From the NCBI GenBank assembly GCA_030324005.1, contig JARDVH010000133.1, positions 35,947,903 to 36,011,902 of the forward strand: a DNA stretch of 64,000 nucleotides. Reading direction: 5' to 3'. The DNA is from Negaprion brevirostris (lineage: Eukaryota). Shown piece after piece: positions 38,201-50,200 of this stretch. Both the position numbers and the translations under genes were made by a program. The stretch's first letter is position 1. Every line of letters starts with the position of its first letter. The notes beneath the pieces were generated by a model. The model searched no databases. It saw only the letters and a program-made list of their open reading frames with translations, and was not told the DNA's origin.

Positions 38201-41200
38201 AATAAATTAAAGTATATCATCAAAATGAAAATTGTTGCCCTTGAATGAACTCGTTTTAAAAACTAGGAAGTTCCAGGTTTGATTGGTATCTGCTGAGTTA
38301 GTTGGGTGGCCACAGAAAATATCACTTGTGAAAGAAAGAACTTACATTTATATAGTGTGTTTTATCCACTCTAGAGATCCAACAACACTTCACAAANNNN
38401 NNNNNNNNNNNNNNNNNNNNNNNNNNNNNNNNNNNNNNNNNNNNATCCCAGAAACAACAAATGTAATGTATGACCAGTTAACCTACTTTTGGAATGTTGG
38501 TTGAAGGGTGAACCTTGGCCTGGGCACTGGAAAAACACTTCCTTTTAAATAGTGTTTATAGGATCTTATCCATCACCTGACAAGATGTGGCCTAGATTTA
38601 ATGAACCATCTGCCATTGCAGAATTCCTTCAGTATTATTATACTAAAGTGTTAACTGTGTTCAACTTCTGTACCTACAAGAAGTGAATAAGGTGTGTTAC
38701 CAGGTGGGCGAAACTGATACTCAGCGTTCCTGCTTATTATTTCCCAATTACTCAATTTTTAGTGTAATACAGGATTAAGCTCATCTGTAAAGCCCCCAAT
38801 GCCACAATAAGATAGCTGGCTTTCATTGTCCACCTTCATCAGTGAAGAACTGCAATGTGGGTGAACTGCAGGAAGGCCTGCACTTCTGGAGCCATACTGC
38901 ATATTGAGTCAGCAGCTACTTCAGAAAAGTGAGGAGGAGAAAGTATTTAAATTTATAAAAGAAGGAAAGAGAGAGACTGCAATTCCCCTGGACCCTCCAG
39001 CAGTCTTGAGCTTGAATTGTAATTTGAACAGCTGCAAAAGCAAATTACCGTGGTTGCTAGAAATCTAAAATTGAAAAGGAAATACTGGAAATACTCAGCG
39101 GGTCTGGCAGCATCTGTGAATAGAAAAACAGAGTTGTTTCAAACCTCTGATCTTTCAACAGAACTGCCAGGCCTGCTGATCTCAGCATTTTGTTTTAATT
39201 CAAATTATTGATTATGCTAGCCTGAGTCACTTGATTTTTTCACTTGAGCCATAGCTAATGTGGGGACAGGTGAATATAAAGGTATTAAGTCATTTTGTTT
39301 TGTTCAGTGAAACGCTGAACTATTCTCAGCTTAATGTAAAAGATCTCATTATACTTTTTGAAGAGGGCAGCATGGTGACATGGAGACACTGCTGCCTCTC
39401 AGCGCCAGAGGCTGAGGTTCAGTTCTGCCCTCAGGTGACTGTTATGTGGAGTTTGCACATTCTCCCCATTCTCCATGCATTTCCTCTGGGTGCTTTGGTT
39501 TCTTTCCAGAGTCTAAAGATGTGCAGGGTTAGGTGGAATTGGCCATGCTAAATTGCCCCTTAGTGTCAGGAGGACTAGCAGGGTAAATACTTGGGGTTAC
39601 AGGGATAGAACCTGGGTGAGATTATTGTTGGTGCAGGCTTGATGGGTCAAATGGCTTCCTGCAATGTAGGGATTCTATGATTCTAAAAGAAAATTGGTTC
39701 TCATTGCTCTGGCCCATCATTTATTCCATAGCCTACACCAATAAAAGACACATAACTGATGATTAGTTATATCTGATATTATCTAATCAACATCTGTGGA
39801 ATCATGCCATGGGCAAAACTGTTCTATTAAGTTATTCTATTTTTTTTTGTGGCCATAGTTAGCAGAAACTGTGATTCCTCTACTTTCCACTGGAGATCAG
39901 GGAAAATATGTCGTATATTTAAAGATGAAAATTCCAATGCAGCTGTGGACTTAATGGTGGGGAGAAAGGAAGAGGAAGTCAGTGTCAGAGGACCAAGACC
40001 TATAACAAGGAGTATTGGCTGAAGCAGGCCGCAGGTCAAGGTTTTTGGAGACGACAAGATTTTTGTGGATGAGGAGCTAATAGAAGTGAACAATGATGGG
40101 GTGTGCAGGGTTTAGTTCAGAATAGAGTGTATGAAGTTGAAATTTAGATGAACAGGGAGAGACAGCATTGAAACCCTACTCAAGACAAAATCTTATGGCC
40201 TTGCAAGATATAAATCGAGCCCCAAAGCCAAAGATCAAAGGAGCAGGAGAAATTGGTGTTAATGTCATTAAGATTATGTGGAAAGTATTATTGCTATATG
40301 TTGTAATAAACATTAAAGAACTCTTACAGCTTCATATATATATTTAATCTGTGTAATCAAAGCACCCTTGTGTTATTAAAATACATTTTTGTTACAAGAG
40401 CCTGAAGATAGAATACCTCAAAACTTAGCACAATGAAAACCTATAAATTAGGGACTAGCATCAGCTGACCTTTTGCAGATGTCTTTATTTTCAAATTTGT
40501 CTTTTTATGTACAGTACATTAAAAACCTAGAACAGGAGGTTTTTTACACAGTATTCATAGCACCAGAGAAACTGGTCTATCCGTGGGATAGAGCCATGGA
40601 AGCATTCAACCTCCAGGTGGAACTTGTGGTGTTCATGTGCAATTTAGTCCATGCTTCAGCTCTTCCTACTGAAATGTTCATTTGTTTATTTCCTCTATCT
40701 GTCTCTCTGGCTTTATTTGTTATAGCAACATTTCATTTATGACGTGCACGATCCACATTGCAGTAATCGCCAAAACTTGTCCATCATTGCTTGATACAAG
40801 AAAAGATTATTGGCTAAAAAAAAATTTCTTTCAGCTTCAAACGCTGCAGAGTGAAAACACCACCCTCAGGCGGCAGGTCACTACGAATATCTATCAAGTT
40901 CCCTCCAGTTCAGAATACCCAGGTCCCTCCAATCCTTCGTCCTTAAAACGGCGCCCGTCTGCACGTGGCAGCCGGCCTATGTCCATGTATGAGACAGGCT
41001 CTGGTCAGAAACCCTATCTCCCAATTGGGGACGTCACATACCCAGAGGACAGTATTGCAGGACTCCAGCCCTTTCCTGAACACGTAAGTAAATCGCCGTC
41101 AGCTCTGGTAAGCAAGTTGTGCTTTTTTTTTCTCCTTTTCTTTTTTGTCCTAAGTTCTGAATTTCTTTTCTGGCTTGCAAAATGCTGTCTTGTGTTTTTT

Positions 41201-44200
41201 TTGTCAATTCCTTGTTTTAGTCCTTATTGTTGCAAAGCAAAAAAAATTTTAACTATTGAAAATTGCCTAATTGAATATAACTGACCCTATTGCATGTTCG
41301 CCTTTTTGCCTTTAAACCTTGATCCTTTCAGTGTTGTTTTTTCCAGGACTGTTGTGCTAACATCATTTTTCAATTGGGAAGGAATAGATCCTAATAGACC
41401 TTCACCTAAATTTTATTTGACCAAATGTTAATAGTGTAAGAAAGAAAATGCCAGCTTGCAGCACTAGATGGCATGCAAGTATTGTACAGTAAAAAGTCTG
41501 ACAACACCAGGTTTAAGTCCGACTGATTTTGTTTGATAGTACACTCACTAGCTTTCGGGGTTAGTCCTTTTGTCAGGTGAATGGACTGTTCTGGCCTCAG
41601 ACANNNNNNNNNNNNNNNNNNNNNNNNNNNNNNNNNNNNNNNNNNNNNNNNNNNNNNNNNNNNNNNNNNNNNNNNNNNNNNNNNNNNNNNNNNNNNNNNN
41701 NNNNNNNNNNNNNNNNNNNNNNNNNNNNNNNNNNNNNNNNNNNNNNNNNNNNNNNNNNNNNNNNNNNNNNNNNNNNNNNNNNNNNNNNNNNNNNNNNNNN
41801 NNNNNNNNNNNNNNNNNNNNNNNNNNNNNNNNNNNNNNNNNNNNNNNNNNNNNNNNNNNNNNNNNNNNNNNNNNNNNNNNNNNNNNNNNNNNNNNNNNNN
41901 NNNNNNNNNNNNNNNNNNNNNNNNNNNNNNNNNNNNNNNNNNNNNNNNNNNNNNNNNNNNNNNNNNNNNNNNNNNNNNNNNNNNNNNNNNNNNNNNNNNN
42001 NNNNNNNNNNNNNNNNNNNNNNNNNNNNNNNNNNNNNNNNNNNNNNNNNTATAGAATCCTTACCTTCAGAACGAAAGGGATTGAAAAGGAGAAAGCTGGT
42101 GAAGGAAATAAAATCAAATTTATACAGCTTTGCTTTTACAATTTAAAATCTTTGAGAATAAAAACCCTCCTAAAATAAACACTTACCCTGTTAAATAACC
42201 TGATATTTTATCTTTGGAACTGTTTAGTTTTTCCAATTTACATAAACCATCAGTGCAAAATCTCATTTAATACTATTAAATATATGAAAAGTACTAAAAA
42301 TTTATTTTGCAGTTCTAGCAGGTAGTTGAACCATTGTGAAAAATATAATATTTAAAGGTTTAAGAGTCTGTAGGTGTTACTTTTATTGATATTCCTGTTC
42401 ATTTTGCTAATGTTGCAGATTAAATCCCCTCTGGGTCCTTAAATTCTGTTAAATTCATTGCATTATTGTGCAAATTAGGAAAGCAGTATAGTTGGTGGTA
42501 CTTTTGAACTCATTGTATAGTGCATTTGTTGTTTTTGAATCTTTAAATATTAGGTTTTATAAAAGCATTCCACTATTCATACTTTAAAGCTGCATTGAGA
42601 ATGATAGGAGCAGTTAACTTTATAAAAATGCATTGAGAAAATGGCATTGCATTGGGGAATATTGAATTACTTTATTCCTTTGATGTGGGAGAACATCTGT
42701 GTTAGAATAACAATTTCTCTTATTATGTAACCTAAATGTAAAATTGTACTAAAATTTGGACTATGTCTAATTTGTTCAATTTGTATGCCATTTGCGTTGA
42801 TCCTGAGATTGGAATATTCAGCCCATACCTTTGAAAATTTCTTTTCCACAAGTTTTATATAAGAATGATGTGGTTCACTAAATTTCAATAAATTACAAAA
42901 TTATTTAAATACAGAATAACCTGGCTTTTAGCAACATTGCAATTTTTACTTGGTGGAATTCGGTGCAGAATCATAAAACCTCCAGCACAGAAGGAGGCCA
43001 TTGACCCATCCTATCTACCAGCTCTTTGAAAGAGCTGCCTGATCATTTGCAATCCTGTTATTTAACCCAATCCCTGCAATTGTTCTTTTTTGCACGTAGC
43101 TGGGGTAAAATTATTTTTGTTTCCTTAAAAATGCACATTACTTATGCCTTACATTTAATTGCTCTGCTGGTTTTTCGTTGGTAACCTGGGATAAAATTTA
43201 GTGACCACATGCAATTTGTTCCAAACAGCGGAGGTCCTAATGTTACAATTGAACTAGACTGAATTGAGGGTAAATGGGTCATTGACAAAATACATCCTCC
43301 TGATATTTTGTAGCCATTAAAAATCCCAGTGGATTTATTAAATAAGCATTTATATAAATTGCCAAAATGTGTCATTCTTGGTCATTAACTTAATTTTAAG
43401 AGTAGCATGCAGAATTGTGTTTTTGTGAAGTCTTGTTGCTTTTAAATGTCAACTTGTTGAATTGTTTTGTTCGTAGGTATGCCAAGCGAAAGTCATAAAA
43501 CCTAAATTGTCCTATGATTCTTGAAAATGGACATGTTGAAAGAATTGTCCTTTGTAAAGTAGCATTAGTTTTTTTCATCATCTGCCCATCAAATTTATGT
43601 TAATCTAACTTTGTAATGCATCATAATTTGAGTTTCCTTGCTTTGTTAGTTTGTCATAGTTCCCTTTTTTGAGATCAGAAGTATTATCACAGTAACTGAA
43701 GTGTGCTGTCCTTGGATTTGTTATAGTTAGTGTTCCTGTGACTTCTTTTTTGAGTTGCCATTTTTTTAAAATAAGAATAGATGAACAAGCATTTGTTTTT
43801 ATTCACCTCACTTTAGGTAAACCAGTTGTTACGTTTTTGTTATTCTAAAAGGTACAAATTAAGTGCAGTCTAAAATAGTTTGTCTACTACCTTCACATTG
43901 TGTGTAGCTAATCTTTATAAAGAGGATGTTTGTATAAAAATTCCTACATTTTTTAATTGTTTCATTGGTCTTTGTTTCTTTTTGAATCACTAGTCAGGAA
44001 TAAGCATTTTGCATCAATTCCTGCCTTTGGTTACAGCATGACTTTCCCCATCAATTATATAATAAAGCCAAACATAATGATGCCAAATAAAAGATTACAC
44101 ATGGGCAGTGTGTTTTAACCCTGTTTCTCATCAAACAAAACAGGGAATAAATCAATAGATTCCAGTAAGTAGGGCTTCATGTATTTTAAGGGCTTTGAGT

Positions 44201-47200
44201 TAATTCAGAGGAATATACTTCACTTGAATACATTTGGTGGGCAGAGCTTTGGATAGATGAGACAAACTAATACAGTATTTAATGTTTCAATTGGCAAGTG
44301 TTAATATTATCTGTGCAATATTATGGATTCTGAAGGTAACCATGCCAAGTAAATCAGCATATTCAGTTGAGTTTTGTTCACTGTGTTTTGAAGACTGTTT
44401 GCAACTTAGTTTTTCAAAAACCCAGTGAAAACGTCATCAGTTAAAGCGCATGTATATAAACTTTGGCATACCTATAGGTTTACAGTTCGTGGAGTCGCTC
44501 TTTTGTTGTGTTTTTCTTATGTTTAATTTTTGCCCGAGTGTTTCTTCTTTCCCCTTTCAGATTGGGAGGAGTGCCTTTGTGACCTCCTCTTCATCTTTAC
44601 CTTCCTTCCCTTCCACGCTTTCCTGGTCCCGGGATGAGAACACCCAAAGGGTTAAGTACCTTCTCAGTTGGTCTGTGCATAGGAGGAGGCGGTGACCATC
44701 TGCAGTGCCTGTTGCTGCCTCTTTCCCACCATTTTTAACCTATTTCCTTTCTTTCAAGTCTGCATGAGTAGTCACTTTCACTGAAGTTTCCTTCACCCAC
44801 TGCATATTCCTGATTACTCTGCCTTTCGATTTTTATTTTTCAGTTTATTAACCCTGCTTGCTCCCAAACCACAGGTTGCAATGCACACCTAGCTTAACCA
44901 GCCTTTCAGCCATCAAAGCTTGACCCTTTGCTACAGCACAGGTATTAGATCTCCATTCAAGAGATACCATCATTCTACCCTGATGATTAGTGGGTGAATT
45001 CACTACACTGTGTTGTATTGAGCACATAGAGCAGGCATGTCATAGGTTCAATCTCTGGTTCCTTGTTCAATTAATTTAAGCAAGAGTACAACTGACCTGG
45101 AACTGGGGTAGGAAATGGATCTAAAGGGCCTGAAATCCTGTTTATTAACTAGAAGTATATACTTTTAAGCGGGCAAGCGTGTTGGGTGATGACTGGATTT
45201 AAGCTCAGCTGTGATGCAGGCAAATCACCTGCAAACATTCTGCCTGAGCTCAAATGTGAAGAATGGCCACTTGGGCAAGGTACTGAAGCGCTACTTGTGC
45301 CCATGGAGCCATACACCAACACATTCAAGAAGGGATGTGAGAAACTTGAATAAGGAACTTTCAGTATAATTATAGTGGCTATAATTTTTTTCTTCCCAAT
45401 TTTCTCCCCTCCTCGCTCCTGCAGGCACTGATTCCTTGATGACGTATGATTCCATGAGCACTGGTCGCTTTTTAGTACCTCATATGACCATTTTACATGT
45501 GTAAGCCTTGAAGTTGAACATTGGCAAGCATCGCAGCCAAAACAATCCTGTCATTACCCAAAGTCCACACTTCAAACATGGATCGCTGGATATTGATCAG
45601 AAGCAAGAACCTTAGCTGGTACCAAATCCAGACACTGAGGACATGTATAGCACCCAAACTCCATGCTGGCTGAGATCAGCTAAATAATAGTTCAGGGTTA
45701 GAATGGGCATGATCTGAATTTATATGCCTCTCTACGCACTGGATTAACACACACAGCCATCAGAGGAGCTCAGCTGTAATGGTTTACTCTTGCAACGAGC
45801 AATCCAAGGGGAAAATAACATTGAGTCATTTATATAAAATATTCTAATTCAACTATTGATGGCTGAGTTTGGAAGGATGTGTGTTTATAAAAATAAAGGC
45901 TATGTTCTTGGTGGCATACGTGTGACATTCTGAAATTAACAATTAAAACATATTGTCTTAAATTAATACAGGGTACAGATTTTCAGTGTTCAACATTCCT
46001 TTTCTACCCCCATAAACTAACTTGGAAATCTGAATTGCTTTTTCACTGGTTAAAATTAGAACAAAAACATCCATTTTCTATTGCAATGCCACGTAGTGTA
46101 CGCATAAAAGCAAATTGGGATCTTCGTGCATCTTGGTTGCTGTACCATGAGGTGAAAGCTTTCAGAAGAAGATCTCAGTTGATGTCAAAGCTTGCTCCAT
46201 TTTCTAATTATGCTTCCATAACTAAGGAGTTTTTGGACTTTAGTAATGCCTTGAATGAACTGTGACTGGCTACTGGTTGAACAGAAAGAGCCCTTAAAAT
46301 AGTGCCAATTATTTATCTACCAAAGATTTCATAGCTCAGGAGCCTAGAAGTGGTGATTGTGGCATCTTAAACCAGGGGGGTAACCACTTGCAGTGCTAGG
46401 CTTGTGCCATTCTTCATTGCAATATGGAAAAAGTCTTGTAAAAATTGATTTGCCATTGGCTACTGGGATCTACTATAAGCTCCAAGCAGACCCTGGATGA
46501 GCTATTTTTAAAAAATTTAATCCATCTAGATAATTGTTCTTGGGCATCTTATTCCTGTAAAGATGGTACCAGCCACAGTGTCATTAGCATCCTGTCTTGA
46601 GCATGGTCTGATTAATCTCACATTGTAGCATGTATTCATTCTTAAATCTACTGTTTTGAAACTAAAATAAACTTTCTTCTTCCAAAGTCAGATTGTCCAT
46701 TTTTTAAGAATTAATTTCTTGAATGGAAAGCTGATTCATGTTGAATGTTTTTCTGTCATGCTCTGGAACAGTGTTAATTAAGAACTGCTAATTTGGTGGA
46801 ATTTCTTAACTGAGTTTCAAATAAAATTTTGCAATATGCAAGCTGAAGAGAAACATGAATACACTAAGCACCTGGCAATCAGCTACATAAATATCTTAGT
46901 TTAACTTTATCTGCAAAAAATTTGCTTAAAGATTATTTGAATTCAACTAGAATGAGAATATTACTTATATTTATGAAACAGCTGATTAAAATTACATTTG
47001 TCATAATTAAGTGGGTCTTAATCTTGGCTAATTATGCAAATATGAAATGAGGGTTAAAATATGAGGCATGACGTGGTTCTTAAAATTGACCTCCTCACTC
47101 GGATGATGTAACCNNNNNNNNNNNNNNNNNNNNNNNNNNNNNNNNNNNNNNNNNNNNNNNNNNNNNNNNNNNNNNNNNNNNNNNNNNNNNNNNNNNNNNN

Positions 47201-50200
47201 NNNNNNNNNNNNNACCCTCCAAGCTGGACATATTTTTCACCTCACCCCTCCACGCCCCGCCCTTATTTTTACAACCTCCTATAGACCTATGGGATTTCTA
47301 TGCTCCTCTAGTTTGGGCTCTTGAGCATCCCAAATTTTAATTGTTTTACCATTGGCAGCTGGGTCTTCAAAGGCACGAAGGCCCTAACCTCTGGAGTTCC
47401 CTCTCTTTACCTCCTTTTCTTCCATTAAAAAGCTCCGTAAAATCAGTATCTGCCCTAATATCTCTTAATGGGGCTAAGTATCAAATTTTATTTTGTTAAC
47501 ACTACTAAAAACCCCTTAGGATGTCTTACTATGTTAGTATTAATATACATATGCAAGTTGATGTAAGGCTGCATTTTTGGCCTTCATTGGCTCAGGTTCA
47601 TAAGAACCTGCTATTACTGGGATCGTTTATGCTCTGTGACTGTAATATATAACCTTTATGAGGATTTTTTTCTGAGGAATATACTAATGCTTATAAAACA
47701 TTTTCTTGACATTATGGTGTACACAATAGACCCTTGGAGTATAAGCAAAATCATGGTAGAAAGTAAACACTCCCTTTAACCACACCACTTACCTTCTTTC
47801 TCTTTCCCCCTCACTTTTCTTCTCGCTCTCTCTTTTCGCCCCCCCGTCCCCCATTAAAATATGTTTGAATTGTAGCCATGGCAAAACTTGATTCAGAAGA
47901 CTTGCAAATTATTTTGTTTCAAATTTGGGAATGGGAAATGGCGATCATTCTTATTTTAAAGAATAAATGCATTGCTTTAATATTGCTTAGTTATTAACCG
48001 TCCATTTTTTGTTACTGACTTCAAGCATTTTGCCTTTTTTTTAGTTTCTGTCTGAATCAAGATTGTACGTCACCTGATAGTTGTCAATCTGTGTGAACAC
48101 TTGAGGAGTTACTATGCTTTTTGTATCTTGGGATTTGTTTTAACTTCTTTAGGCATCAAAGCTTGAGAAACAGAACAGCATGCCGGACAGTGACTACGAT
48201 AATGCAGCGAATGACTTGGAGCCAGATGAGGCTGGGTATGGATTAAGTATAGCACAATAAAGCATTAGAGAAGGTCCGCATGATCATATGTGTAGGGTTC
48301 AAAATAGCTTAGAAGTAATATCCAAACTCCATCTGTNNNNNNNNNNNNNNNNNNNNNNNNNNNNNNNNNNNNNNNNNNNNNNNNNNNNNNNNNNNNNNNN
48401 NNNNNNNNNNNNATTGAGGTGGGGGTAATGAAAGCATTTATGTAGATCTCATATCAATCTGCAATGATTTGAAATTTCTCCTTTTAGTCTAGTGGGAAAT
48501 TCCATTGAACCACTAATAGCATTTGCCACAAGTTCTTGGCTTGGTGTCCATTTTAATAATTTTTAAAATTTGAATACATTCAGAATGTATCATCCAAAAA
48601 GTGACACAATGTTAAAATGGGGAAAGAAGATAGTGACTTAAGCTACTAATTGTCAAAAGTGGATACATGTTTTTAATCTTGTCTTGGTTTCGCTCTTTTT
48701 ACATTTGTGTATTTTTAACCCTTGTGACTGTAGTGTGGTATGTTGTATCAGTGCCAAGGGCTATCAGTTTGCATGTATTTATCAGCTAATTCTAGGTTGT
48801 GATCACAACAGTTAGAGACACGGCTATATCCTCCTGGAAAATGGGAGAGAATCTCTAGTATCCCATGTTTACTACTCATGTATGCCTCTTAAAAATTAGA
48901 GTGGTATTGATTGAAATCCGAGGGGACACCATGCCTTCCAGATTAGGAAAGAACAGAGTATAAAACAGTATAAAATCCATCCTTTTCTTTTATGCAGAAA
49001 GAATAAACATCTGGATATATTTACTCACAGCAATGACTAATCAATACTTTTGGGGAAGCTATTTCCTTAATTATGGTGGTTAAACATTACTCTGGATTGA
49101 TTTGATATTTCTAGAATGTTTTTAAAAGAAATAATTTTATGGAAAGATACCAAAGGAAAGTCGCTCATGCAGCTGATAGAAGACAGAAGTAAAGCTCATT
49201 TTTAAAAGATGAAAAAGATTATTAGTACTTAACAATGATCTTAAGCCTGGGTATGCTTTTCAAAAAGCTGTTGCTTCATATATGGTGCAGCTGTTATTTT
49301 CAGAGGTAGCCTGGAATATACATGACCAATCTGTATGTCTCTAGAACAGGAAACACCCTCTCAGAATGTGTGTTTTTGTAACGTCTGATTGAGACAAGGC
49401 AGCGTTGCTGGCAAGGGTAGCAATTTAATATGAGAGGCCAGTATGGACATCTAAGAGAAGTTTAGGCCAGTAAGGAAAGTTGTAACATTAAACATGTTTG
49501 ACATTATCAGAACAGGATCATACTATTCATAATATAAATGAAATACTACTCTTTTTCTGAAATAAAGAAATGTTCTCTTCTCGCCCAACAATTCTGCCAT
49601 CGTTAGTGAAGTCAAGGGTATTGTAAATAATTTGTATGTTAAAAGATCAGTATATTTGAGTTCCTACCTGTTAGAGGAGTGTTAACCTCAATTAAAATAA
49701 ATTACTTGTTTTGTTTCTTCTTGCCTAATGTAAGCTCTTGCCGAAAGGGTAAGCTAAAAAGCGTAGGACGGCATGAAGAAAACCCTATGCTGGAGTTGGA
49801 TAATCCAGATGCAGAACCAGATTCCACACTCCCAAGCACAGAGGATGTAATTCGGAAAACCGAACAAATCACCAAAAATATTCAGGAGCTGCTGCGAGCT
49901 GCACAGGAAAACAAGCATGACAGGTAAACTGATTTATTTTGTATTGGTATGGCGTTTGAAAGTACAAGTAGCATGCAAGGTTAACCAGATGTAGAGCTGA
50001 ATATCGCAAGTGTACATGTGGATGCTGATGCCATATCTACAGATGATGTTGATGAAAAAGCAGAGAGGGGTCAACGATGTACTTAGGAATACTGGATGTA
50101 TTGGGAAGAGCCTTATTCGAGGTACTGTGGCTGCAATCAAATAGGTAAGCTCTTGCCAATTGTGGAATCAAATGAGAGAAGGTCCACTGTACTGGACTGT

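Noticed and set aside
38815-38845. Minus-strand CTGATGA...GAAA hammerhead-like spacing
   Set aside because: No convincing stem II, stem III or stem I; it lies in a SINE remnant and is probably chance.
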